A stretch of 64,000 bases of DNA from a bacterium (GTDB lineage Bacteria > Zhuqueibacterota > Zhuqueibacteria > Residuimicrobiales > Residuimicrobiaceae). The translations under genes and the position numbers were made by a program. Position 1 is the stretch's first letter. The number at the start of each line of letters is the position of its first letter. The notes beneath the pieces were generated by a model. That model had not been told where the DNA came from and made no database searches. It worked only from the letters and a program-made list of their open reading frames with translations. Where the stretch lies: the NCBI GenBank assembly GCA_029554865.1, contig JAKPUX010000025.1, forward strand, positions 11,561 to 75,560, read 5' to 3'. Shown here piece after piece: positions 20,116 to 29,114 of the stretch.

Positions 20116-21281
20116 TGACGGCCGCAGGGGTAAAAGAGAAAGCCGGAGCGCTGCGGGTCTGTATTTTCACCAGTGTACACCGCCCCTATGATGTGCGGGT
20201 ATTTCATCGTCAGGCGCGCAGCCTGACCGAGGCGGGCCATGAGGTCACCCTGCTGGTCCACGCCCCGTTCGCCCGTGAACGGCGTGACGGAGTGGAGGTC
20301 ATCGGCTTGAAGCCGCCTTCCGGCCGGCTGATGCGGCTTTGCTCTTCCTGGCGTTTTTTGCGCGCTGCTCTGAGCCAGCATGCGGAGGTCTACCATTTCC
20401 ACGATCTGGAGCTGCTGCCGGCCGGACTGCTGCTCAGGATCTGGAGCCGCAGGGCCGTCATTTACGATTGTCATGAGAACTATCCAGAGGCGATCCTTGA
20501 GCGCGCCTGGCTGCCCGCATGGCTGAAGCCTGTGCTCTCGCGCCTGGTGGGCTGGTTTGAACCGGCTCTGGCCCGCCATCTGGATGCGGTGATCTGCGTG
20601 GTCCCCGATCAGGAGGCGCGGCTGCGGCGACGCGGCTGCCGCACGGTTATGGTGCGCAACTTTCCGCGGCTTGAGATCTTTCAAAGGCCTGTCCGGACAG
20701 CCCGGCAGGAGGAGATCATTTATCTCGGGGGACTGAGCATTGCGCGCGGGGCGCGGATGATGGTCGATATCATGGCCGGGCTGAAGACGAGCCATCCCGG
20801 ACTCCGGTTGATCTGCCTCGGTCCCTTCAACGAAGCGCACGTGCGGGCAGAGGTTGTGGAATATGCCCGGGCGCAAAGGGTCGATGATATCATTACTTAC
20901 ATACCCCTTGTGCCGCACGAAGAGGTGGCGGATCATCTCCACCGCGCCCGGGTCGGACTGGTGCCCTGGCAGCCCCATCCCCAGCTGCTGAAGCTCTGTT
21001 ATCCCAATAAGGTCTTCGAGTACATGGCCTGCGGCCTGCCGATTGTGGCCAGTGATCTGCCCGGGCTGCGCGAACTTATCACCCCGGCGAGCTGCGGCTG
21101 CCTGGTTGCGGCCGAAGATGTGGAAGCCCATATTGCGGCGATCCGGCAGCTGCTGGACGACCCCGGTGCGGCGGAGGCAATGGGGCTGGCCGGCATGGCC
21201 TATGCCCGCGGCCATTACAGCTGGGAGGCGGAACGCAAGAGCCTGCTCAGGCTCTACGAGGAGCTGGGGGCGCGGCGATGA
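20112..21281 (+). CDS. Glycosyltransferase family 4
   Basis: TSVHRPYDVRVF, IYDCHE, PNKVFEYMACGLPIVASD. Confidence 0.9.
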   Translation: MMTAAGVKEKAGALRVCIFTSVHRPYDVRVFHRQARSLTEAGHEVTLLVHAPFARERRDGVEVIGLKPPSGRLMRLCSSWRFLRAALSQHAEVYHFHDLELLPAGLLLRIWSRRAVIYDCHENYPEAILERAWLPAWLKPVLSRLVGWFEPALARHLDAVICVVPDQEARLRRRGCRTVMVRNFPRLEIFQRPVRTARQEEIIYLGGLSIARGARMMVDIMAGLKTSHPGLRLICLGPFNEAHVRAEVVEYARAQRVDDIITYIPLVPHEEVADHLHRARVGLVPWQPHPQLLKLCYPNKVFEYMACGLPIVASDLPGLRELITPASCGCLVAAEDVEAHIAAIRQLLDDPGAAEAMGLAGMAYARGHYSWEAERKSLLRLYEELGARR

Positions 21282-21982
21282 TCCTGGCGGCAGCGCCCCC
21301 AGCTTATTTCCCGCCGCCGGCGGCCTGCGCCAAGCTGGCGGCCGCCGATGTGGTGGTTTGCGCCGAAAGCTTTCGCTTCAGCCGCAAGGAGGGCACCCAC
21401 CGGACGGCGATCAGGTCCATGACCGGCCGGCGCTGGCTTTCGGTGCCGGTGGTCGGCAGCGGGCGGCCCGGGACCCATATCAGCGATCTCGCCATCGACT
21501 TCAATCAGCCCTGGGCGGATGAACATTGGCGGGTTCTGGAGTACAACTATCATAACGCCGCCTATTTCTACTACTATGCCGAGGCGGTGGAGAGGATCAT
21601 CCGCGGTGCCGGGCAGTCTTTGGTCGGGCTGCTGGCCGATGCCGGCCAATTTGTCCGGGGCAGCCTCGCTCTGAGGGCCCGGGTGATTTCCAGCAGTCTT
21701 CTTCCGGAGGTGGCGGAGCGCACCGGGCGACTTCTGGCCTGGGCGGAGGCCTGCGGATGCGATCGCTATCTGATCCATCCCGGTGAAGCCGGCCTGCTGG
21801 ATCTGCCGCGGCTCGAGGCGGCAGGCATCGGCCTGGACCGAATTGAATTCACCGAGGCGCCCTATCATCAGCAGGGTCCGGGCTTTCTGCCCGGGCTCTC
21901 GCTTCTTGATCTTCTTTTCAATGAAGGCCCGGCGGCTGCTGGCTACCTGCAGGCCAACATCAGGATTGTGCCGGCTGATTGA
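21278..21982 (+). CDS. WbqC family protein
   Basis: HRTAIRS...WLSVPV, YHNAAYF, YHQ...FLPGLSLLDLLFNEGP. Confidence 0.85.
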   Translation: MILAAAPPAYFPPPAACAKLAAADVVVCAESFRFSRKEGTHRTAIRSMTGRRWLSVPVVGSGRPGTHISDLAIDFNQPWADEHWRVLEYNYHNAAYFYYYAEAVERIIRGAGQSLVGLLADAGQFVRGSLALRARVISSSLLPEVAERTGRLLAWAEACGCDRYLIHPGEAGLLDLPRLEAAGIGLDRIEFTEAPYHQQGPGFLPGLSLLDLLFNEGPAAAGYLQANIRIVPAD

Positions 21983-22042
21983 GCGGCCGCAATTTTATCA
22001 TAGAGTGATATTGATCCGGCTATATAAATCGAGGGAGGATCT

Positions 22043-23299
22043 ATGTCCAAAGCGAAGCAGATGGCAAAGCTGGTTGGAGTGATCGATGGCGGGAGGGAAG
22101 AGGTCATCAACTTGCAGCGCAGCCTGGTGGCCATTCCCGCCCTGGCGCCCGAGAGCGGGGGGGACGGTGAGAAGGCAAAGGCCGATTTCATGCGCAGCTG
22201 GCTGGAGAAAGCGGAATTCGATGAGCTGATCGAGCTAAACGCCCCGGATCCGCGGGTACCGTGCGGCTATCGTCCAAACATGCTGTGCCGGCTCCTCGGG
22301 GAGGAGCGCAGCCGCACGGTCTGGGTGCTGGCGCATCTGGATGTGGTGCCGGCCGGGGATCTGAAAAAGTGGAAGAGCAAGCCTTTCGAACTGAAGCTGG
22401 AAGGGGATGAGCTTTTTGGGCGCGGGACGGAGGACAACCATCAGGGATTGATCTCCGGCCTGCTGGCGGTGAAGGCCTTTAAAACGGCCGGGATCCAGCC
22501 CCCTTGCAATCTCGGCCTGGCCCTGGTCGCCGACGAGGAGACCTCGAGCCGCTACGGCCTGGACTATCTGATGACGCATCACGCCGACCAGTTCGGCGCG
22601 GATGATCTGGTGCTGGTCCCGGATGCCGGGGATGAGGCCGGTACGCTTATCGAAATCGCGGAGAAGAGCATCCTCTGGCTCAAGGTGACCGTCGTCGGCA
22701 AACAATGTCATGGTTCAACCCCGGAGCTGGGCAACAACGCCGCTCGCGCGGCGGCCCACCTGGTGGTCAGGATGGATGGTCTGGAAGGGATCTTTGACGC
22801 GCGCAATCCCCTCTTTGAACCCCCCATCAGCACCTTCGAGCCGACCAAGCATGAGGCCAATGTGCCCAACGTCAACACTGTGCCGGGCAAGGAGGTCTTT
22901 TATTTTGACTGCCGGGTCTTGCCGGAGTACCCCCTGGAGGAGGTGGAGAAAAAAATCCGGGGGATGGTGAAGGAGGTGCGTGATCGTTTCGGGGTGAAGA
23001 TCAGGCTCGAGTTTGCACAGCGCGCCGAGGCGGCGCCGCCCACGCCGGAAAGCGCTCCGGTGGTCGTGGCTCTGAAGAGGGCGATCCGGGAGATCAAAGG
23101 GGTTGAGCCGCGCTGCGTGGGCATAGGCGGCGGCACGGTGGCGGCCATTTTTCGCCGCGCCGGCATCCCCGCTGCAGTCTGGTCTAGCCTTATGGATACC
23201 GCACACCAGCCAAACGAATCCTCCAGGATATCCGACACCCTGGGGGATGCCAGGGTGATGGCGCATGTGATGCTCCACGCCCTGGAGGCCGGGAAATGA
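22043..23299 (+). CDS. M20 family metallohydrolase (ArgE/DapE-like)
   Basis: AHLDVVP, GRGTEDN, ADEE, GGGT, AHQPNE. Confidence 0.9.
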   Translation: MSKAKQMAKLVGVIDGGREEVINLQRSLVAIPALAPESGGDGEKAKADFMRSWLEKAEFDELIELNAPDPRVPCGYRPNMLCRLLGEERSRTVWVLAHLDVVPAGDLKKWKSKPFELKLEGDELFGRGTEDNHQGLISGLLAVKAFKTAGIQPPCNLGLALVADEETSSRYGLDYLMTHHADQFGADDLVLVPDAGDEAGTLIEIAEKSILWLKVTVVGKQCHGSTPELGNNAARAAAHLVVRMDGLEGIFDARNPLFEPPISTFEPTKHEANVPNVNTVPGKEVFYFDCRVLPEYPLEEVEKKIRGMVKEVRDRFGVKIRLEFAQRAEAAPPTPESAPVVVALKRAIREIKGVEPRCVGIGGGTVAAIFRRAGIPAAVWSSLMDTAHQPNESSRISDTLGDARVMAHVMLHALEAGK

Positions 23300-23334
23300 A
23301 AAAGGCCCGCCGGAACAATCCGGCGGGCCTTTTT
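23299..23334. terminator. Bidirectional intrinsic terminator
   Basis: AAAAAGGCCCGCCGGA-ACAA-TCCGGCGGGCCTTTTT between convergent genes. Confidence 0.9.
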
Positions 23335-23346
23335 AAATGGCGGTGA

Positions 23347-23967
23347 TCAGGAGTGCGGTTCTCTGCGGCGTTTGAGGCGGGAGTGGATGAACCATCCCAC
23401 CAGGGCGGCAAGCAGGAGCAGCACGACGATATCGACCTGGTGCGAATATTTTTGCACAATAGTCCAGTTTTCGCGCAGCTTGATGCCCAGAAAGAGGAGA
23501 AAGCTGTTCCAGAGGGTGGCCCCGATCAGGGTCGCCGTCAGGAAGGGGAAGAGGCGCATTTTGCCCATGCCCGCCGGGATGGAGATGAAGTGGCGGATAA
23601 CGGGGATGAAGCGGCTGAAAAAGAGGGTGAGGGTGCCGCTGCGTTTGGCGAAAAATTTTTCAGTGAGCTCAAGGTCGTGGCGGTCGAGGAGGAGGTATTT
23701 GCCGACCTTGAGCACCACGGGTTTACCTCCGTAATAGCCCATATAGTAGGAGATGAGCGAGCCGATGATGGAGCCCGCCGTGGTGGTCAGAATGGAGAGG
23801 GAGAGGTTCCATTTACCGTCGGCGACGAGGAATCCGACGAAGGGCATGACGGCCTCGCTGGGGACAGGCGCCACCATGCTTTCGAGCATCATGAGCAGGG
23901 CGGCGCTCCAGTAGCCGCCCGCGTCAAGCAGTTTAATGGCCAGTTCGGAAATATACTCTGTGATCAT
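23347..23967 (-). CDS. DedA family membrane protein
   Basis: LESMVAPVPSE, SRFIPVIRHFISIPAG. Confidence 0.92.
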   Translation of the reverse strand: MITEYISELAIKLLDAGGYWSAALLMMLESMVAPVPSEAVMPFVGFLVADGKWNLSLSILTTTAGSIIGSLISYYMGYYGGKPVVLKVGKYLLLDRHDLELTEKFFAKRSGTLTLFFSRFIPVIRHFISIPAGMGKMRLFPFLTATLIGATLWNSFLLFLGIKLRENWTIVQKYSHQVDIVVLLLLAALVGWFIHSRLKRRREPHS

Positions 23968-24038
23968 TGGGTTTCTCCGGTTCAGGGGATCGATTTTCAA
24001 TTAGTACGGACAATGGAGATGATCTGCGCATTTTTATC

Positions 24039-25124
24039 TCAGCCACCCACCCGCTCATCGAGAAAGCGTTTGAGCCCGGCCGAACTGCCGGGAGACCATC
24101 CGAAGGCCTTGCGCCAGACCTCGTCGCTCTCCATGCAGAGATAGACCGGGGTCTCCTGGCCATGCGCCTTGATCCAGCGATACATGCGGGCGAACATTTC
24201 GATGCGCTGCGGCTTGAAATAGCGGAACTTGTGGTCAGCGCCGGGGAGCAGCTCGCCGAGAAAGATCCGCGACTCGGGGTGGTTATCCCGGATGATCTCA
24301 TCGAGGAAGGGGGGATAGCGCAGGGCGCCGAGGCTGATCCAGGCGATATTGCGGGGCTCTATCCGGCGAAAGATCTGCTCGACGACCTCGTGGTAGCCCT
24401 CTTCCCAGCCTTCGTGGCGGATCATAGGGTCGAAGTGGAAGCCGATCCAGAAACCGGCCGCCTGGGCCTCGGCCGCCGCTTCGAGGCGCTCAGCGAGGGA
24501 CGGGGTATGGGGCTCCTCGCTGGCAACGATGGCAGCGGCATTGACTGACCAGGAGACGACCGTACGCCGGTCATGGGGAAGGCTGATGAAGTGTTCTATG
24601 TGAGTGTTCTTGCTCTTGAGTTCGATGATGGCGTTGCGGCGCTGGCGGAAATAGTTCACCAGATCACTGCTCCAGGCGGTGAAGTGGTCGAAGGTCAGGC
24701 TGTCGGAGAGTTCGCCGGTGCCGATGCGGTAAAAATGGTCCGGATGCGAGTCGAGCACCTGGTCGAGTTCGATGAACATGTCGTCGAGATTGCAGTAGAG
24801 GGTGGTCATGGGGACGTTGAGGTAGCCCTGCAGGATGCAGTAGGAGCAGCCGAGATCGCAGCCGGCGGCGATGTCGAGATTGTGATAGAGGCAGCAGATA
24901 TGCCGGGAGGTGCCTGGGCAGTAGCGCAGAAAGGGGCCGCGCTGGCGGCTGAGCAGGATGTTTTTCCCGGCCGGGGCCGGTGGAAGGGCCTGCTGGTCGG
25001 GGATGGGGATGCGCTCGGCCTTGGACAGTCGGGCGAGGATGCGCGTCGTCCAGGGATTGTTTTGCACGGCCTCCTCGATATAGAGGCGGTCGGGGAGGAA
25101 GGGCTGATAGCGAGAGGCGTTCAT
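24039..25124 (-). CDS. Radical SAM protein, spore photoproduct lyase (SplB)-like
   Basis: CxxxCxxC motif GCDLGCSYC, GTGELSDS, ELKSK, VSWSVN, ERLEAA, GFHFDP, VYLCME. Confidence 0.88.
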   Translation of the reverse strand: MNASRYQPFLPDRLYIEEAVQNNPWTTRILARLSKAERIPIPDQQALPPAPAGKNILLSRQRGPFLRYCPGTSRHICCLYHNLDIAAGCDLGCSYCILQGYLNVPMTTLYCNLDDMFIELDQVLDSHPDHFYRIGTGELSDSLTFDHFTAWSSDLVNYFRQRRNAIIELKSKNTHIEHFISLPHDRRTVVSWSVNAAAIVASEEPHTPSLAERLEAAAEAQAAGFWIGFHFDPMIRHEGWEEGYHEVVEQIFRRIEPRNIAWISLGALRYPPFLDEIIRDNHPESRIFLGELLPGADHKFRYFKPQRIEMFARMYRWIKAHGQETPVYLCMESDEVWRKAFGWSPGSSAGLKRFLDERVGG

Positions 25125-26104
25125 GTCAGCTCTGTCAGTTGGTCGATCAGGCCTCGCGCCTGCATCTCCTGGAGGGTCTCGAGGCGGGCGGTGAATTCCG
25201 CAGGGGTAGAGAAGGAGAAATCGACCGTGTACTCCTCGCCGGCGAACCAGGGGGTCGGGCGCAGGTGGAGTTCCGGGGGCAGCTTGGCGGATCGGAGCAG
25301 ACTCTCGAAGCGGGCGAGGGTGGCGCTGTAAGCGGGGTAGCGCCGCGTCATGAGCAGGTTCTTGAAGCGGTCAGTCTTTTGCGAGGGGGTGAGGTTCTGC
25401 TCCTCCAGCAGGCTCCGCCATTCCGGCTGCGCGAGAAGCTGGGGCAGGGAGGCCTTGTCAATCCGCTCGATATCGGAGAGCAAGAGCCAGAATTCTCGCT
25501 GGCGGTTTTTGCCGAGCCTGAGGGTCCTGCTCAACTGCCAGAAGGCCAGGCGTTCTGCCGGCTCAGCGGAGGCCATGGCGCCGGCCGTTTCCATGGCGAG
25601 TTCATCAGCGGCGAGGGCGCTTTGCAGCTCCGGTTCAAGGAGGCGCAAGGGGGCGTAGAGGCTGAAGAGCTTGGGATTGGGGGCCAGACCCATGAGGGGG
25701 AACCAGGTGCGCAGGATCTCCTCCCGGCTCAGGGAGAGGGGGCCGGAGAGGGCGGCGATGGCGTGGGAGGCCTCAAGGGGAGAGAAGGGGCGGAGAGCGC
25801 CCCTTTGCTCGACGAGCCAGCGATAGGCCTGCAGGTCATCCCAATTCCGGGGCAGAAGCATCGCCGGGATCCGGGTGAGGCCGGCGGCTGCGGCGGCTTG
25901 CAGGCGGCGGAATCCCGTGACCGGTCGGTAGCGTGGTGCAGGACTCTCCTCACCAACACGCAGCTGGAGGTGAATGGGCTCGACGATGCCGAGGCGGGCG
26001 ACCGAGCGCATCAGCAGGGCATCCGCCATCCCCGGGAGCAGTTGAAAGAAGCGGTCATCGGCGTCGATCTCGCCAAGGCCGGCTTCAAGATAGGTCAGTT
26101 TCAT
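25121..26104 (-). CDS. ParB/Srx N-terminal domain protein
   Basis: LMRSVARLGIVEPI...VTGFRRLQAA (GxRRxxA Arg patch), then a helical region; ATGA overlap with the SplB-like gene. Confidence 0.8.
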   Translation of the reverse strand: MKLTYLEAGLGEIDADDRFFQLLPGMADALLMRSVARLGIVEPIHLQLRVGEESPAPRYRPVTGFRRLQAAAAAGLTRIPAMLLPRNWDDLQAYRWLVEQRGALRPFSPLEASHAIAALSGPLSLSREEILRTWFPLMGLAPNPKLFSLYAPLRLLEPELQSALAADELAMETAGAMASAEPAERLAFWQLSRTLRLGKNRQREFWLLLSDIERIDKASLPQLLAQPEWRSLLEEQNLTPSQKTDRFKNLLMTRRYPAYSATLARFESLLRSAKLPPELHLRPTPWFAGEEYTVDFSFSTPAEFTARLETLQEMQARGLIDQLTELT

Positions 26105-26200
26105 ACCATCCTTTCATTGGAGAAGAATAATGTAGCGATAATTGGGCCTTTATTTCAAGTCTTTTCATACGGTTTGGCGTTTTTGTGGCGATAAATTCCC

Positions 26201-26229
26201 TTGACAATTTTGTTTATTATTAGTAAGAT
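26201..26229 (+). promoter_or_regulatory. ssb promoter
   Basis: TTGACA-17 nt-TAAGAT. Confidence 0.7.
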
Positions 26230-26280
26230 AAACTGAGGCGGGCCAAAAAGGCTGTTTACATTATAACAAGGAGGCGTCAA

Positions 26281-26736
26281 ATGGCTTTCGATAGTAAAGG
26301 CACCTTGAACAAAGTCATGCTCATCGGAAGACTGGGCGCAGATCCCGAATTGAAGTACACCCCCGCCGGAGCCGCCGTTCTGACTTTTAGCCTTGCTACC
26401 AACACCTCGTGGAAGGATCAGGAGGGGAAATCCCAGGAAAAGACCGAATGGCATCGCGTGGTGGCCTGGCGCAAGCTGGCTGAAGTGATCAACCAGTACG
26501 CCAAGAAGGGTGGGCGGGTCTATGTGGAAGGCAAGGTCATGACCCGTTCCTGGACCGACAAGGACGGGGCCAAGCGCTATACAACGGAGATCCAGGCTGA
26601 ATCCATTCAGCTGCTGGACAGCCGGGGAGAGCGCGAGAATGTGGAGTCGGTGGATGTGCCCCCGCCGAGCGAGGCCGATTTCAACGGACAGGGACAACAC
26701 GCCGATAGCGAAGTCAACGACGATCTGCCTTTTTAA
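26281..26736 (+). CDS. ssb: Single-stranded DNA-binding protein
   Basis: LNKVMLIGRLGADPE, TEWHRVV, C-terminal DDLPF. Confidence 0.98.
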   Translation: MAFDSKGTLNKVMLIGRLGADPELKYTPAGAAVLTFSLATNTSWKDQEGKSQEKTEWHRVVAWRKLAEVINQYAKKGGRVYVEGKVMTRSWTDKDGAKRYTTEIQAESIQLLDSRGERENVESVDVPPPSEADFNGQGQHADSEVNDDLPF

Positions 26737-26795
26737 GTGCAGTCTCCGGTCGGGACGGTGGGAATTGCCAACGATTCGGGCCGGTTTGAGTGTGT

Positions 26796-26833
26796 AAAAA
26801 TCCAAGGTCCAGTGCGGCTTTGGATTTTTTTTT
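26796..26833 (+). terminator. Intrinsic terminator
   Basis: AAAAATCCAAGGTC...GGCTTTGGATTTTTTTTT. Confidence 0.75.
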
Positions 26834-26866
26834 CCGCAGCCCATTTTATTCCTTGCAGGTGAAGCG

Positions 26867-27280
26867 ATGACAAAGAAGAGGTACGATCCGGTGCCGTTGA
26901 TTCGCGCGGCAATCACCGCCAGCGCCGGGGCGAAGGCCCTCTATTCCCGTTTTCAGGTCGGCGCGGCCCTGCTCTGCGCGGATGGTTCGGTCGTGACCGG
27001 ATTCAATATTGAGAGTAGTTCCTACGGCCTGACCATTTGTGCAGAGCGGGTGGCGATGTTCAGGGCCCTTTCCGAGGGCAAGGAGTCTTTCACGGCCATC
27101 GCCATCGTTGCGGGCAGCCGCAATTGGTGTCCCCCCTGCGGGGCCTGCCGGCAGGTGCTGTGGGAATGGGCGGGGGAAATCGAGGTGATCCTGGCCCGCA
27201 GCGAAGAGGAGTACCAGATCCTCTCCCTGAGCGAGCTGTTGCCGCATGCCTTTGACCATGGATATCTGCCCAATGCCTGA
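26867..27280 (+). CDS. cdd: Cytidine deaminase (homotetrameric type)
   Basis: YSRFQVGAAL, TICAER, PCGACRQ. Confidence 0.95.
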   Translation: MTKKRYDPVPLIRAAITASAGAKALYSRFQVGAALLCADGSVVTGFNIESSSYGLTICAERVAMFRALSEGKESFTAIAIVAGSRNWCPPCGACRQVLWEWAGEIEVILARSEEEYQILSLSELLPHAFDHGYLPNA

Positions 27281-28484
27281 CCTGAAACATGATCCGCCCT
27301 GCCTGATCATCGGGATCGCCGGTCCCTCCGGATCGGGCAAGAGTTTTATCGCCGAACAGATCCTGGCCGCGCTGCCCGCCCAGCGGGGCCTCCTGCTTTC
27401 GCAGGATGATTACTACCGCGACCGTTCGGATTTGTCCCTGGAGAAGCGCCAGCTCATCAACTATGATCATCCGGATGCGGTCGAATTTTCCCTGCTCGCT
27501 GAACATCTGCGCACCCTGCGCGCGGGCCGGGCGATCGAACACCCCCTCTACGATTTTGCGGTGCACAATCGCAGGGCGGAGCGGGCCGAGGCGGGTCCAG
27601 CGGATCTGGTCGTGGTCGACGGGCTGCTGCTCTATGCGGTGCCGGAGATGCTGCCCCTCTTCGACCTCAAGATCTATGTGGACACTCCCCTGGACATCTG
27701 CTTCATCCGCCGGCTCCAGCGGGACGTCCTGGAGCGCGGGCGCACCATGGAGTCGGTTATCCAGCAGTTCTGCACGACGGTGCGGCCGATGTTCATCGAA
27801 CATGTGCTTGCGAGCCGGACCCAGGCCGATCTCATCCTTTCAGGCGAGGTTCCGGTCGAGGAGGTGCTGCCTCAGATCCTGCAGCGCATCCAGGTTCTCA
27901 ATCCCTCCCTGCATTCGGAAACTTCCGGGGCGGCGGCGCCCGGCCCGACCTGGCAGGAGCTGCTTATGACGGAACACCTCCTGCTCTTGCGCGGCCTGAA
28001 GCTGCTGGAGGAGGCGGCGGCAGCAGTGATGCAGGGGGATGCGGAGCGGGATCGACTGGAGCGGATCCTCAATTTTCTGCTCTCCTTCGGAGACCGGATT
28101 CACAATGTCAAGGAGGAGAACCATCTCTTTCCCCTGATGGTCGAGAACGGCATCTCCCAGGAGGGGTTGATCAAGGAGATGCTGCTGGAGCATGAGGCGG
28201 AGCGGGAGCTTATTGCGCGGGCGATGGCCCGTCTTGGCAAGTCCGGTGCAGCCGGTGCGGCCGAGCAAGAGCTCCTCGCCGGCCATCTGCGCAGCTACTG
28301 CGCAAGGAGGTGTGAGCATATCCGTCTGGAGAATGAAAAACTTTACCCCCGCGCTGCGGAGGTGCTCGGTGCAGGGGACATCGAAAGAATGGTCGCTGAT
28401 TTTGCCAAGGTGGAAGAGCGTTCGCTCTATCCCAACTCCGTGCGCCATTTTTCCAAACAGCTGGCGCAGTGGGAGCGGTCTTGA
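27273..28484 (+). CDS. udk: Uridine kinase fused to C-terminal hemerythrin-like (HHE) domain
   Basis: IIGIAGPSGSGKS, QDDYY, NYDHPDA, RRLQRD; C-terminus EH...HNVKEE...LFP...EHE...HIRLEN..LYP; ATG 27273. Confidence 0.88.
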   Translation: MPDLKHDPPCLIIGIAGPSGSGKSFIAEQILAALPAQRGLLLSQDDYYRDRSDLSLEKRQLINYDHPDAVEFSLLAEHLRTLRAGRAIEHPLYDFAVHNRRAERAEAGPADLVVVDGLLLYAVPEMLPLFDLKIYVDTPLDICFIRRLQRDVLERGRTMESVIQQFCTTVRPMFIEHVLASRTQADLILSGEVPVEEVLPQILQRIQVLNPSLHSETSGAAAPGPTWQELLMTEHLLLLRGLKLLEEAAAAVMQGDAERDRLERILNFLLSFGDRIHNVKEENHLFPLMVENGISQEGLIKEMLLEHEAERELIARAMARLGKSGAAGAAEQELLAGHLRSYCARRCEHIRLENEKLYPRAAEVLGAGDIERMVADFAKVEERSLYPNSVRHFSKQLAQWERS

Positions 28485-28517
28485 GCGGGCGGAATAATTA
28501 GCTTTCAGGAGAGGAGC

Positions 28518-29102
28518 ATGTTAAGTATCGTTCCGAAGGATACCGGGTGGATCGAGGTGATCTGTGGCAGCATGTTCAGCGGCAAGACCGAGGAGCTGAT
28601 TCGCAGGCTGCGGCGAGCCCAGATCGCCCGTCAGAAGGTAGCCGTTTTCAAGCCTGTGATCGATGACCGCTATTCAACCGAGCATATCGTTTCACATAAC
28701 GAGGGCCGCCTGCCTTCGGTGCCGGTCTCTTCGGCCCGGCAGATCCTGGAGCTGGCGGGCGAGGCCACAGTCGTCGGCATTGATGAGGCCCAATTCTTCG
28801 GGCCGGAGCTGGTCGATGTCTGCCAGGAGTTGGCGGACAGCGGCAAGCGGGTGATTGTTGCCGGTCTGGATCAGGATTATACTGGTAAGCCTTTTGAGCC
28901 CATGCCGCAGCTGCTGGCGGTCGCTGAGTATATCACCAAAACCCTGGCCATCTGCGTCAAATGCGGCAACCCCGCCAACCGGACGCAACGTCTGAGCCAC
29001 GATTCCGCGCGGGTAGTGGTGGGCGCCCAGGATATCTATGAGGCGCGCTGCCGCTACTGCCACGAGGTCTTTGAGGCGGATGACGAGAACAAGGGAGAAT
29101 GA
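28518..29102 (+). CDS. tdk: Thymidine kinase
   Basis: [18 protein letters not shown], Zn lasso CVKC...CRYC. Confidence 0.96.
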   Translation: MLSIVPKDTGWIEVICGSMFSGKTEELIRRLRRAQIARQKVAVFKPVIDDRYSTEHIVSHNEGRLPSVPVSSARQILELAGEATVVGIDEAQFFGPELVDVCQELADSGKRVIVAGLDQDYTGKPFEPMPQLLAVAEYITKTLAICVKCGNPANRTQRLSHDSARVVVGAQDIYEARCRYCHEVFEADDENKGE

Positions 29103-29114
29103 AGGACGCCTGTC

